In this document: piece after piece, positions 19,865 through 29,562 of the stretch | Layout of the letters: each line of letters begins with the position of its first letter | How positions within the stretch are numbered: position 1 is the stretch's first letter | DNA from: Opitutia bacterium | GTDB taxonomy: Bacteria; Verrucomicrobiota; Verrucomicrobiia; Opitutales; Opitutaceae | Assembly (NCBI GenBank): GCA_947478395.1 | Contig: CANJVR010000002.1 | Location: 64,001-128,000 of the forward strand | DNA length: 64,000 nucleotides | Direction: 5' to 3' | Notes under the pieces: model-generated | What the model was told of the DNA's origin: nothing | The model's input: the letters and a program-made list of their open reading frames with translations, nothing else | Databases searched by the model: none | Program-made: the position numbers and the translations under genes

Positions 19865-21664
19865 TCATTTGCCCGCGGGGGCTTTTGCGGTCCAGGCGTC
19901 TTTGAGCGTGATCGTGCGGTTGAAGACGGGTTTCCCGGGGGAGCTGTCTTTCGCGTCGGGCGTGAAGTAGCCGAGGCGCTCGAATTGGAAACGTTCGCCG
20001 CGCTGCGCGGTCGCGAGCGACGACTCGAGTTTCGCGGTCACCATCTCGAGCGAGTGCGGGTTGATGAACTTTTTGAAATCTTCCTCGGCGCCGGGCTCGG
20101 CGACCGTAAAGAGTCGGTCGTAGAGGCGGACTTCGGCGTCGACGCACGTTGATGCGCTCACCCAGTGAATCGTGCCTTTGACCTTCTTGTCGACGTTGGC
20201 GCCGCCGGCGCGCGTCGTGAGGTCGGCGGTGCAACGGAGTTCGACGATCGCGCCCGCGGCGTCCTTCACGATTTCGTCGAGCTTGATGATGCAGGCGTAT
20301 TTCAGGCGGACTTCGCCGCCGGGCTTGAGGCGGAAATATTTCGGCGGCGGGACTTCGGCGAAGTCGTCGCTTTCGATGAAGACCTCACGCGTCAGCGCGA
20401 TCGGGCGCGTCGTCGGCGCTTCGTCCTGCGGATTATTCGTCGCGGCGCACTCCAGGATTTCGCCGGCGGGGATGTTCGTGAGGACGAGTTTGATCGGGCG
20501 CAGCACGGCGAGGCGGCGCTGGGAAACCGCGTTCAGTTCCTCGCGGACGGCGTGTTCGTAGACGGCGACGTCGGTGACGCTGTCGTATTTCGTGACGCCG
20601 ACGGCGGTGGCGAGGCGGCGGATGGCGCTCGCGGGAATGCCGCGGCGGCGCAGGCCGGAGAGCGTGGGCAGGCGCGGGTCGTCCCAGCCGTGGACGAGAT
20701 TTTCCTGCACGAGCTGCAGGAGACGGCGTTTGCTGAAGATCGTGTAGGTGAGATTCAGCTTCGCGAATTCGTACTGGTGCGGGAGCGGGCGCGGCAGATC
20801 GAGCGAGGTGAGAATCCAGTCGTAGAGCGGGCGGTGCACCTCGAACTCGAGCGTGCAGACGCTGTGCGTGATGCCTTCGAGATAATCGCTGAGGCAGTGC
20901 GCGTAGTCGTAGAGCGGGTAGATGCACCACGTGTCGCCGGTGTGATGATGCGACGCGTGACGGATGCGGTAGAGCAGGGGATCGCGCAGCCACATGTTGG
21001 GCGACGTCATGTCGATTTTCGCGCGGAGCGAACGGGCACCGTCGGGAAATTCGCCGGCGCGCATGCGCTGAAAGAGATCGAGATTCTCGGCGACGGTGCG
21101 GTCGCGGAACGGAGAGTTGCGGCCGGGCTTGTCGGGCGAGCCGCGGTATTCCTCGGTTTCTTTGGGTGAAAGATCGCAGACGTAGGCGCGGCCTTTTTTG
21201 ATCAGCGCGAGGGCGAACTCGTAGAGCGGCGCGAAATTATCGCTGGCGAAAAAGGGCTCGGTGTTCGCGGCGCCGACCGGAGCGGCGGCGAGGTGATAAT
21301 CGAGTTTGCCGTCGCGTTCGGATTTGGCGGGGGCGGCGCCCTTCGGTTTCAGGCCGAGACAGTGGTCGGCCCAGCCGTCGATCAGCCAGTGGACGTCGGC
21401 GGCGATGGCCTCGACGTACTCGATTTCCTCCTTGGTGGGATTGGTGTCGTCCATCCGGAGGTTGCACTGTCCGCCGTTTTCGCGGGCGAGTCCGAAGTTG
21501 AGGCAGATGGACTTGGCGTGACCGAGATGGAGGTAGCCGTTGGGCTCGGGCGGGAAGCGCGTGACGATCTTCGCGTAGCGCTGCGCGGCGACATCCTGGG
21601 CGACGATGTCGCGGATGAAATCGCTGGGCGCAGGCGGGACGGCGGAGGGATCGGCTTCGTTCAT
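19865..21664 (-). CDS. glnS: Glutamine--tRNA ligase
   Basis: 'TRFPPEPNGYLHLGHAK', 'GITHSVCTLEF', 'GWDDPRLPT', 'KVKGTIHWVS', 'FQFERLGYF'. Confidence 0.96.
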   Translation of the reverse strand: MNEADPSAVPPAPSDFIRDIVAQDVAAQRYAKIVTRFPPEPNGYLHLGHAKSICLNFGLARENGGQCNLRMDDTNPTKEEIEYVEAIAADVHWLIDGWADHCLGLKPKGAAPAKSERDGKLDYHLAAAPVGAANTEPFFASDNFAPLYEFALALIKKGRAYVCDLSPKETEEYRGSPDKPGRNSPFRDRTVAENLDLFQRMRAGEFPDGARSLRAKIDMTSPNMWLRDPLLYRIRHASHHHTGDTWCIYPLYDYAHCLSDYLEGITHSVCTLEFEVHRPLYDWILTSLDLPRPLPHQYEFAKLNLTYTIFSKRRLLQLVQENLVHGWDDPRLPTLSGLRRRGIPASAIRRLATAVGVTKYDSVTDVAVYEHAVREELNAVSQRRLAVLRPIKLVLTNIPAGEILECAATNNPQDEAPTTRPIALTREVFIESDDFAEVPPPKYFRLKPGGEVRLKYACIIKLDEIVKDAAGAIVELRCTADLTTRAGGANVDKKVKGTIHWVSASTCVDAEVRLYDRLFTVAEPGAEEDFKKFINPHSLEMVTAKLESSLATAQRGERFQFERLGYFTPDAKDSSPGKPVFNRTITLKDAWTAKAPAGK

Positions 21665-21735
21665 GAAAGCGAAAACGTGCGCAACCGAGCCGTGCGAATC
21701 AACGCCGCAGTTCTGAATAGGAAGGAAGGATGGCG

Positions 21736-21771
21736 GATGACGAATGACGGGGTGCGAATGACGAATGACGG
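21736..21771. repeat. Short ATGACGA heptamer-type repeats
   Basis: ATGACGAATGACGG occurs twice upstream of glnS. Confidence 0.5.
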
Positions 21772-21808
21772 AGGACGGGGTGGTGCCGGTCGCCCTTGGC
21801 GCACATGG

Positions 21809-21940
21809 CTAGTGGGGTTTTGCCAAAAGTGTAGCGGCTAACGACGTAGCGGCAGGCGTCCCTGCCTGCCGAAATGAGGACGCCGAACCCGGCAGGCAGG
21901 GACGCCTGCCGCTACACCAAACGGCTTAGACCGCTCTAAG
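21809..21940. mobile_element. MITE-like repeat, copy F (reverse orientation)
   Basis: CTAGTGGGGTTTT...GTAGCGGCAGGCGTCCCTGCCTGCC / GGCAGGCAGGGACGCCTGCCGCTAC...TTAGACCGCTCTAAG. Confidence 0.8.
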
Positions 21941-21951
21941 GCTTGGGAATT

Positions 21952-22007
21952 TGGAGTGCGGCGTCGCGAGGTCGCTTTCGAGAGCGGCGACATGTCGCCG
22001 CACTCCA
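21952..22007. repeat. TGGAGTGCGGCG REP-like palindrome
   Basis: 12-bp inverted arms TGGAGTGCGGCG / CGCCGCACTCCA with internal GCGGCGACATGTCGCCGC palindrome. Confidence 0.7.
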
Positions 22008-22030
22008 CGGCGGCGAGGGCGATCGGCAGT

Positions 22031-22495
22031 TCAATGCCAGCGCTGCAGCTCGATGATGTTGCCCTCGGGGTCGGTCATGTAGATCAGGGTCAGTTTGCCC
22101 GCGCCCGGAATATCCAGCGTCACGAGTTGGCCGATGTCACGTCCGCCCCAACGAAGTAGTTCCTCCCGTTTGGCCGCGACGTCCGGCACTTCGAAGGCGA
22201 GATGCGCGAATCCCGGCCGAACGAGCCGCGACGGCAGACTGGGATCGTTTTGGTTCGTTTGGAAAATCTCCAAGGTCGGGCCGCGTTCGCCGTGGCCGGG
22301 CAAACGCAGATGACGGCCTTGGAAAGATCCCCCGGGCAGTCCGGTCAGCGCTTCGAAAGTCGGACCCTTGTGGTCGCGTTCCGAGCTGATCGGTTCGCAG
22401 CCGAACACCTGGACGTAAAAATCCTGGAGTCGCTTCCAGTCGTTCGCGATGAGGTTGGTGTGCGCGTACCTGATTCCGGTGTTTGAAGCGGTCAT
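22031..22495 (-). CDS. VOC/glyoxalase family protein
   Basis: 'HTNL', 'FYVQVFG', 'LEIF', 'GFAHLAFEV', 'DPEGNIIEL'. Confidence 0.9.
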   Translation of the reverse strand: MTASNTGIRYAHTNLIANDWKRLQDFYVQVFGCEPISSERDHKGPTFEALTGLPGGSFQGRHLRLPGHGERGPTLEIFQTNQNDPSLPSRLVRPGFAHLAFEVPDVAAKREELLRWGGRDIGQLVTLDIPGAGKLTLIYMTDPEGNIIELQRWH

Positions 22496-22585
22496 GAGGA
22501 AATTTTAGCGGTGCCTTTGCGGGCGGCTGGGTGGTGGTGGAAGGTCACGGCATCTTCCGGTTAATATCCGAGTGCGGCCGACGAT

Positions 22586-25213
22586 TTATTTTTTCACCGG
22601 GGCGAACATCGCGTGATTGCGATTACCGCCGGCGAGGATGAAGGCGACGAGGTCGCGGAGTTCGTCGTCGTTGAGCGTGTTGATCAATCCGGGCGGCATC
22701 AGCGACGTGGCGCTCGGTCCTTTCGATTTCAGGTCGGAGGCTTTTACGAGGGTGAGCGCGTTGGGAAACATCAGATTGGTCGTGACCAAAAGGTCGGTGC
22801 CTTCCTCGAGCGCGGGATAGCCGATGAGGGCGGAGCCGTCGCGCAACTCGTACCGCGTGGCGGCGAAGTTGTCGTTGATGCCTGCGGAGGGTTCGACGAT
22901 CGACTGCAGTAAATCGCGTTCGGTGTAGCGCGAGCCGGCTTGGGTGAGATTCGGGCCGGACGTGCCCAGGCCTACATCACCGAGCCGGTGACAAGCCACG
23001 CAGGCGGTGGCCGAAAACATCGCGCGGCCTTGCTCGTAGTTGCGGCCGGTGAGTTGGCCGCGCACGGCGGCGGTGGCCTCGTCGAGCGTGTAGTTTTTCC
23101 CCGGACCTTTCGGCGCCACGGGGCCGAGATTCAGCTGGGTGTTGGGCCGTTGGGAAAGTTGGGCGAAGCGTTCGCGTTCGGTGGCGTCGGGGACGTTCGT
23201 CAGCGCGAGCAGGCGAATATTATTAACGAAGCCGACAAAGCTTTGCCCGCCGGACCAAGCGTGGGCTGGCGAGAACCACGAGAAAAATTCTTCACGCAGT
23301 GCAGGGGTCCAGCCCGTGCGGGCGCAGCGCAGGACGTTCGCGTAGGCGAATTGCTGCCGGGCGGGACGCGTCGTGTTGGCGCTGGCGAGGAAGCGACCGT
23401 AGCGGGTGTTTCGGGAGAGGAATTCCTCGTCGATGATGTCCTGCGGCTCGGGCTGCTCCGGCACTTTTAAAAGCGGCACGGTTTTCGCCACGAGCGTCGG
23501 GGAGTCCAGGTACGCGAGCAACGCCGCCAAGTCGCGGCTGAGGAGTCGGTCGGGATGCGGATAGAATGGATCGAGTAACGCCACGACGCGCTGCTGCACC
23601 GCGGGAGAAGGAGCGCCCATGCGCGTGAACGTCAGCTGCCACAAACGAACGACGGCGTACTGCTGCTCGCGGGAAAGGTGCGCGAAGTCGAAGCGGGCCA
23701 GCGCGTCGATCAACTGCGGCTGCAGCGATTTTTCGCCGAGACGCGCGAGGGCAACGAGTGCTTCGAGGGACGCGGTCAGATTTTTTTCCTCGAGCGCGCG
23801 CTGCGACCACAGCGCGGCCGGCTGACGTTCGATCGCGACGCGTGCGGCCCAGCGGATGAAACGGTCGGAATGAGCAAGATAGGGCCAGGCTTCGTTGATC
23901 ACCGCTGAGCTCTCGCCCGCCGCCGTGTGCAGCGCTTCGAGTTTGCGCCGCAGCAGCGCCTCGGGAGTTGGCTTCGGGTAGGGCGCGGGCGCGGTGCTCT
24001 CGGCGCCGACGTAGGTCACCCTATAGAGGCCGGAATCGGTCGTCCGTCCGCCAACCGTAAAATACATGGTGCCGTCGGCGGGATTGATGAGCAGGTCGGT
24101 GATGGGCAACGGATGTCCGGACAGAAACTCCTCTTTTGTCGCGCGAAAGGTCGCTCCATCCGGAGTCAGGTGAACGGCGTACAACGTGCCGAAAGTCCAA
24201 TCCGCGACGAACAGCGCGTTTTGGTATTGGGCGGGAAACCGCGTGCCGGTTCCCATCAACACTCCCGTCGGCGAGCCGGGGCCGGTCTCAATCATTCCGG
24301 GGAGACTGTCGGGAAAATCAACGGGCCAGCGAATCGATCCCGAGCGCCAGCCGTAGTCGCCGCCACTGACGACGTGCAGCACGCGTGTCGGCAAATACCA
24401 GGGCGTGCCGATTTCGTTTTCCGTGTCGGAATCGTCGGTGAAGATTTCGCCGTTGGGATCGAATGCCATCCGGAAGCAGTTGCGAAAGCCCATCGCGAAA
24501 AGTTCGAACTGACGGCCCGCCAGATCGGTGCGCCCCAACGTGCCGGCGGGAGCAAATATCCCGCGTCCGCTGCCGACGGGGGGCCACATGCGCGGGAGGA
24601 TGTTGTCCTCCTGCCAGGCGATCGGAATCTGTTTTTCCATGGCCGCGGGCAGCTTGGTGTAGTTCCCGTTCATGTAGTAAATGGTCCGACGATCGGGTCC
24701 GAGGACGACCGCATGCGGGCCGTGTTCGCCCGTGGCGTCCATTTCGCGCAGGAGCTCGGCGTGGTCGAAGTGGTCGTCACCGTCGGTGCTCCACAGCCGG
24801 TGCAGTCCGGATTTTTTTTCGCCGAACGCGTTTACTTTATTCTCGTTCACCATCGCGTAGAGGCTGTCGTTCGCGAACAGCAAGCCGTGCGCGCCGGCGA
24901 CGCCGAGCGAGTCGAGCTTCTCGACCTTCTTTACCTGCGGCTCCGAGATTTCGGGCAACGTGACGCGATAGAGACCGCCGTATTGGTCCGACGTGATCAT
25001 CCGGCCCTTGCCGTCGAGCGTCATCGCCACCCACGAGCCCTGGCCCTTGGCCACGTTGTAGATGCGCTCCACTTTGAAACCGGGTTTGACGGTGACCTTG
25101 TCGGTCAGTGGCACATCGACGAGCTGGAGTTGTTGCGCTTCGATTGAAACGGCGAGCAGCAGCGGCAGGCACCGAAGTACGATGCGGGGAAAATGATTCG
25201 CGAGAAATGGCAT
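22586..25213 (-). CDS. Secreted PVC-type heme-binding protein (beta-propeller + HEAT repeats + c-type cytochrome)
   Basis: Signal peptide, 'GFRN', 'GEIFTDDSD', 'DYGWR', 'GSPTG', HEAT-like helices, 'CVACH', 'GPNLT', 'SLMPPGL'. Confidence 0.85.
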   Translation of the reverse strand: MPFLANHFPRIVLRCLPLLLAVSIEAQQLQLVDVPLTDKVTVKPGFKVERIYNVAKGQGSWVAMTLDGKGRMITSDQYGGLYRVTLPEISEPQVKKVEKLDSLGVAGAHGLLFANDSLYAMVNENKVNAFGEKKSGLHRLWSTDGDDHFDHAELLREMDATGEHGPHAVVLGPDRRTIYYMNGNYTKLPAAMEKQIPIAWQEDNILPRMWPPVGSGRGIFAPAGTLGRTDLAGRQFELFAMGFRNCFRMAFDPNGEIFTDDSDTENEIGTPWYLPTRVLHVVSGGDYGWRSGSIRWPVDFPDSLPGMIETGPGSPTGVLMGTGTRFPAQYQNALFVADWTFGTLYAVHLTPDGATFRATKEEFLSGHPLPITDLLINPADGTMYFTVGGRTTDSGLYRVTYVGAESTAPAPYPKPTPEALLRRKLEALHTAAGESSAVINEAWPYLAHSDRFIRWAARVAIERQPAALWSQRALEEKNLTASLEALVALARLGEKSLQPQLIDALARFDFAHLSREQQYAVVRLWQLTFTRMGAPSPAVQQRVVALLDPFYPHPDRLLSRDLAALLAYLDSPTLVAKTVPLLKVPEQPEPQDIIDEEFLSRNTRYGRFLASANTTRPARQQFAYANVLRCARTGWTPALREEFFSWFSPAHAWSGGQSFVGFVNNIRLLALTNVPDATERERFAQLSQRPNTQLNLGPVAPKGPGKNYTLDEATAAVRGQLTGRNYEQGRAMFSATACVACHRLGDVGLGTSGPNLTQAGSRYTERDLLQSIVEPSAGINDNFAATRYELRDGSALIGYPALEEGTDLLVTTNLMFPNALTLVKASDLKSKGPSATSLMPPGLINTLNDDELRDLVAFILAGGNRNHAMFAPVKK

Positions 25214-25244
25214 GGCGGGAAATCCGTGGATCGGGCGAGGCGGG

Positions 25245-26024
25245 TCAGGGTTTCTTGGGCAGGGTCGCGGCCGGCAGAGCGGGCAGCTGTTTGGCTCCGG
25301 GCGGAATCAGCGCGGGGTTGAACGGAACGTCCGGCTTATCCGGAAGTTCTTTGAAGAGGATTTCCTTTACCTGGGCGGTCATCGCCGGACCGCGGTGAAT
25401 TTGAATCGCCAGCAGTCCCTCGGGCTGGCGCGCCTTGGTTTCGAAGTCCCAGACCTCGACGGTCACGTGGCCGTTGATTTTATGAATCACGTGGTTGCCC
25501 TCGGCGATGATCGTGAAGTCGTTGTACGCGGCAGAATCGACGGTGATTGGCTCGTGTTCGGCGACGAGCCAGCGCACGCCCTGCGGATCGATCACGACGG
25601 ATTGGCCGTTTTCCGCGAGGGTGGTCCGGCCGAGTTCCTCGTAGAGCTTGCCGTTGCTGCTCAGCCGCGAGTGGGCATCGCACTGGTAGCCGCCCATCGA
25701 CCAAGGACCGACGGCGGGGAGTTCTTTGCTGCGATATTGGATGCCGCTGTTGTTGCCGGTCTGCCGTAACTTTGCGTGCAGTTCGAAATTTTTCACGATG
25801 CCGCCGCGCCAAATGATGAACTGATTGTAAGGCAAACTTTCGGGACCCTGCGTCGCGCCGGTGATGGCGCCATCGCGCACGGACCACACCGCGGGATTGC
25901 CATCCCAGCCGACGAGATCCTGACCGTTAAACAAAGAGCGGAATCCGGGCTCGGCGGCGGAAACGAAAGAAGTGCAGGCGAAGCCGCCGGTGAGAAGCAA
26001 GAGACCGAGCAGGGCTTTTTTCAT
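25245..26024 (-). CDS. DUF1080 (3-keto-disaccharide hydrolase-like) secreted protein
   Basis: Signal peptide; 'SLFNGQDLVGW', 'NFEL', 'NSGIQYRS', 'GYQCD', 'GLLAIQIH'. Confidence 0.9.
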   Translation of the reverse strand: MKKALLGLLLLTGGFACTSFVSAAEPGFRSLFNGQDLVGWDGNPAVWSVRDGAITGATQGPESLPYNQFIIWRGGIVKNFELHAKLRQTGNNSGIQYRSKELPAVGPWSMGGYQCDAHSRLSSNGKLYEELGRTTLAENGQSVVIDPQGVRWLVAEHEPITVDSAAYNDFTIIAEGNHVIHKINGHVTVEVWDFETKARQPEGLLAIQIHRGPAMTAQVKEILFKELPDKPDVPFNPALIPPGAKQLPALPAATLPKKP

Positions 26025-27478
26025 TGGGGAAATTTGGGTGGGGGAGTTAAAGGCCCGGGCGGAAATTTTCCATAGTGGCCGGCGGGGGCGGGGAGTTGGC
26101 GGGAGATTTCGTCGAGGCGATAGCCGAAGCCCGGGCCGCGGATGCTGGAAAGATCGAGTTGTCCGTGGCGACGCCGGTAAAGTCCCGGGTGAACGGCGGC
26201 CTCGGGGGTCGAGGCATCGGGGTAAAACTGCATGGCGTTGCTCTCGACGCCCATGATGGTGCCGACCTGAGCGGCGAGTTGGACATGCGGAATCATCGCG
26301 AGCATTGGGTTGGTGAGATCTTGCACCATGAGGGTCATGCCGTGGGCCTTTGCCCAGCACGCGCCGAGAATCGCGCCGGTCTGCGTCTTGCAGGTCTTGA
26401 GCGCGACGCCGGTCCAGCCCAAGTCACGGCCGAGGGCGATTTGGCGCCAGTCGTGCGCGCTCTCGTCCATGAAGAGGGGTTTTCGCGCGGACACGCTGTG
26501 CACATCGATGCGATGCGTTTCCAATTCGTAGGGGAAGGGCTGTTCGACATACAGGATCGAGCCATAGAGGCGCGGATCGCGGTCGCGGAGGTCGTCGAGA
26601 ATGGCGTTAACGTACTCCGGATCGGTGACGGTGCAGTTGAAGTCGACCGTGAGCCAGGGCAACTCGAACTCCTGCGCCACGCGGCTAACCTTTAAGATGC
26701 GCTCAAGATCCCAGGTCGCGTCGTTGCCGCGGAGTTTGATCTTGAGGCAACGCAGACCGTCTTGAGCGATCCAGTCTCGCAGCAGGACAGGATGGCCGTC
26801 GTTCACGGTCACGTTCGCACTCGGATCGCGGCCCGGCTCCAGCGGGTCGAGCCCGCCGACGAGATGCCAGACTGGAAGCTCGCGCGGCGCGGATTTGACG
26901 AAGAAATCGCGCGGATATTTTCCCTCGAACCGGACCGCAGAATTTTTGGCGGGTGTCAGGTATCGCGCGAGGTCGAAGTTCATGAACTCCGGCGTGTAGG
27001 TGTCGTAAATCGGAAGGCCGGCGAGCTGACCGAAAGCGTCATGGAGCGCCAAATCAAAGGCCGAGCAGCACACCAAAGCGGCGAGCCACGGCATCGGTTC
27101 CTGCCGTCGGGCCGGCGTCTGATTCAACTGATCGAGCAAGCCGGGGAGAACGTTTTCCTGAAACGCGTAGCCGACCTCCATGGGGTGACCAAATTCGCCA
27201 AAGTCGGCCCACGCCTCGGCCAACACGCCGCAGAACGCTTTCAGCTGCGTCTCGCGATCCGCGAATGACAGATCGCTGGGCCACACCCAGCTGGCGGAGA
27301 GCGGCGTCTCGCCCCAGCCTTGGGTGCGTCGGCCGTTTCGATCCTCGACCGCTACGCAGACGCGCACGCACGTGACCCGAGTGAGCACTTCGTGGCCAAA
27401 CTTCAGTGGCACCCGGGTTGTAACCGGCAAATAATATACGCTGACGCCGCAAGGGCGGATATCGGTAATGCGGGGCAT
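26021..27478 (-). CDS. Enolase-superfamily (mandelate racemase/MLE-like) protein
   Basis: 'GWGETP', 'KIKLRG', 'VDFN', 'YVEQP', 'MDES', C-terminal 'GPGFG'. Confidence 0.85.
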   Translation of the reverse strand: MPRITDIRPCGVSVYYLPVTTRVPLKFGHEVLTRVTCVRVCVAVEDRNGRRTQGWGETPLSASWVWPSDLSFADRETQLKAFCGVLAEAWADFGEFGHPMEVGYAFQENVLPGLLDQLNQTPARRQEPMPWLAALVCCSAFDLALHDAFGQLAGLPIYDTYTPEFMNFDLARYLTPAKNSAVRFEGKYPRDFFVKSAPRELPVWHLVGGLDPLEPGRDPSANVTVNDGHPVLLRDWIAQDGLRCLKIKLRGNDATWDLERILKVSRVAQEFELPWLTVDFNCTVTDPEYVNAILDDLRDRDPRLYGSILYVEQPFPYELETHRIDVHSVSARKPLFMDESAHDWRQIALGRDLGWTGVALKTCKTQTGAILGACWAKAHGMTLMVQDLTNPMLAMIPHVQLAAQVGTIMGVESNAMQFYPDASTPEAAVHPGLYRRRHGQLDLSSIRGPGFGYRLDEISRQLPAPAGHYGKFPPGPLTPPPKFPQ

Positions 27479-27618
27479 GGGAGGGACGCAGTGAACTCCC
27501 GGATCGGACGAGTTCAGGGCGAGCAGCAGAACGTTAGAACCTCGAGCTCAGCAATCGTCATTTTGGAGTCAGGCGCGTCCCCCAGTAAAAGCGTTCGCCG
27601 TGGGTGAGAGCCGGAAAT

Positions 27619-27743
27619 CGGATTAAGCGCGAAGACGCAAAGGCCGCGAAGGAAACGCGAAGGGCGGAGGGTTTCGCTAAAGCCCGAACGAGGAGTTTCC
27701 TTGGCGAATCTTGGCGAGAGTTAGCGTCTTTGCGCTTAGTCCG
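27619..27743. repeat. Empty TTAAGCG inverted-repeat element
   Basis: CGGATTAAGCGCGAAGACGC...GCGTCTTTGCGCTTAGTCCG. Confidence 0.8.
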
Positions 27744-27781
27744 TCTGCCTCGGAGTCTTCGTTGCCCTTAATCCGAAAAAC

Positions 27782-27856
27782 TGGTGCGAGCGCTGGGAAT
27801 CGAACCCAGATCTATGGCTTCGGAGGCCACTACACTATCCATTGTGCTACGCTCGC
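27782..27856 (-). tRNA. tRNA-Arg(CCG)
   Basis: Reverse complement GCGAGCGTAGCACAATGGATAGTG...CT-CCG-AA...GGTTCGATTCCCAGCGCTCGCACCA. Confidence 0.96.
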
Positions 27857-27964
27857 GGGGCAGACTTAAACTGCCATGAAGTGAGTCCCGTTTCCAAGCG
27901 TCAAGCCCGCGCGCTGTAATGGACGAGGGAAGCGACGCGTTCGTGGAGGCGGAGGGCGCGCCAG

Positions 27965-28588
27965 TTATTTTTTTTGCTGGGTGAAGCGATGAACGAGAAA
28001 ATAATAAAGCAGGCCGAGCACGGCGAGTCCGGCAATAAGCCAGATGCCGACCTGGCGCAGTTCGCCCTTCATCAGCGCTTCGTTTTCCCCGGCTTTCTGG
28101 CCGACCCAGGCCAGGACCGCGCACCACAAGGCGGAGCCGAGCACGGTGTAGATGGAAAACTTGATGTAGTTAAGTTTCACGATGCCGGCGGGAATGCCGA
28201 TGAGGTGGCGGACCACGGGCAGTAACCGGGAAGCGAACACGCCGAAGCTGCCGAATTGCGCGGCCCAATTTTCGGCCTGAATGACTTTCTTTTCCGTGAT
28301 GAAGACGATTTTTCCGTAGCGGAGCACGAGGGGGCGGCCGGCCCAGCGCGAAGCCCAGTACATGAGCGTGGCGCCGAACCAAGAACCGAGGGCGCCCGCG
28401 ACCACGATGCCGGTGGCCGTCATGGTGCCCGTGCGTTGGGCGACAATCATGGCCGGCGGAATGATGGCCTCACTGGGGAGCGGGAAAATAGTGCTCTCCA
28501 TCGCCATCAGGAGCGCGACGCCGAGATAGCCATGGATTTCAATGAAATGGCCGTACCAGTCGAAGAGCGGTTTGAAGAGGTCGTGCAT
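27965..28588 (-). CDS. DedA family membrane protein
   Basis: 'ESTIFPLPSE', 'GSWFGATLMYW', 'SRLLPVVRHLIGIPAG'. Confidence 0.92.
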   Translation of the reverse strand: MHDLFKPLFDWYGHFIEIHGYLGVALLMAMESTIFPLPSEAIIPPAMIVAQRTGTMTATGIVVAGALGSWFGATLMYWASRWAGRPLVLRYGKIVFITEKKVIQAENWAAQFGSFGVFASRLLPVVRHLIGIPAGIVKLNYIKFSIYTVLGSALWCAVLAWVGQKAGENEALMKGELRQVGIWLIAGLAVLGLLYYFLVHRFTQQKK

Positions 28589-28603
28589 GGGAAATATGGA
28601 AAC

Positions 28604-28632
28604 AAAAAAAGCAGGCAGTGGAAACTGCCTGC
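28604..28632 (-). terminator. Intrinsic terminator after the small basic protein gene
   Basis: GCAGGCAGT-GGAA-ACTGCCTGC hairpin with 7 T on the minus strand. Confidence 0.7.
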
Positions 28633-28653
28633 CGGAAAGGGTGACGCGAGGAC

Positions 28654-28809
28654 TTAGACCTCGGGCTTGGTCTTGCGCAGACCGGCGACGCGATCGCCGG
28701 GTTTCCATTGGCCGCGCTTTTTGAGCAGATCGACCCGCTCGAAGCGCTTCAGAACGTTGCGTTTGACGACGAGACCGGAGGCGCCTTGCAGGCTTTTATG
28801 CTGTGACAT
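28654..28809 (-). CDS. PVC-signature small basic protein (TIGR04137-like)
   Basis: 51 aa MSQHKSL...KRNVLKRFERV..L...G.W....V.GLRKTK. Confidence 0.88.
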   Translation of the reverse strand: MSQHKSLQGASGLVVKRNVLKRFERVDLLKKRGQWKPGDRVAGLRKTKPEV

Positions 28810-28838
28810 GGTGGTTGGAAAGTGAAGGTTGCGACGAG

Positions 28839-29159
28839 TTAAAGGGGTGGAGAGTGGACGTCCTTCCGCGCCCATGACAAGTATTTTTCTGAAACGCGCT
28901 CGGCTTGGACGACGATCCATTCCGGCGTTTCGTACGGATGATGGGCGAGAACGTAGCGCTCGAGCGCGGGCAACTGCTCGGGCAGGCATTTAAAGGTGAG
29001 CCGGAACTCCTCGGCGCGATCGATTTTGCCCTCCCAGCGAAAGTGCGACACGACAGGACCTTCGGTTTGCACGCAGGTGGCCAGACGTTGTTCGATGACG
29101 GATTGGGCCAGCCGCTCTCCGGCCTCGCGGGTAGAAAGAGTGGTCCACGCGATCAACAT
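28839..29159 (-). CDS. cutA: Divalent-cation tolerance protein CutA
   Basis: 'RLATCVQ', 'SHFRWEG', 'HHPYETPE'. Confidence 0.92.
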   Translation of the reverse strand: MLIAWTTLSTREAGERLAQSVIEQRLATCVQTEGPVVSHFRWEGKIDRAEEFRLTFKCLPEQLPALERYVLAHHPYETPEWIVVQAERVSEKYLSWARKDVHSPPL

Positions 29160-29270
29160 GCGCTAGATTTCGCGCCGGAGTCGGGCGCGCGCAAGCGGGG
29201 AAATTCGCCCTTGACCCTCCCGGGGCCACGCCTACTTCTGACCCTTTAACCGTCGTCCCATTCCCGCTCC

Positions 29271-29471
29271 ATGAGAGAAGATTACATCAAACAAGCCGCT
29301 GCAAAAATCACCGATCCCAACGTCCTCATCAACGTGGTCTCGCTTCGGGTGAAGCAGTTGAAACGGGGCAACCGCCCGCTGGTCGAGTCTTTGGAAAAGC
29401 TGTCGTCCGAAGATACCGCGTTGCGCGAGATCATCGAGGGCAAGATCGGCTACGAGGCGCTGAGCGCCTGA
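29271..29471 (+). CDS. rpoZ: RNA polymerase omega subunit
   Basis: 'LINVVSLRVKQLKRG..PLV', 'ALREIIEGKI'. Confidence 0.88.
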   Translation: MREDYIKQAAAKITDPNVLINVVSLRVKQLKRGNRPLVESLEKLSSEDTALREIIEGKIGYEALSA

Positions 29472-29487
29472 GTGACCGGATCGATTT

Positions 29488-29534
29488 AAGGCGGCGCGAT
29501 CTGCTCCATGGCAGAATTGGCGCCGCCTTTTTTT
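29488..29534 (+). terminator. Probable intrinsic terminator after rpoZ
   Basis: AAGGCGGCGC...GCGCCGCCTT followed by a T-run. Confidence 0.6.
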
Positions 29535-29562
29535 GTGCGTATATTTTTCGCAGACTAAACTG

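Noticed and set aside
22031..27781. tRNA-Arg(CCG)-anchored genomic island
   Set aside because: No integrase and no duplicated tRNA 3' end; only a 6-bp TGGTGC match at 21781
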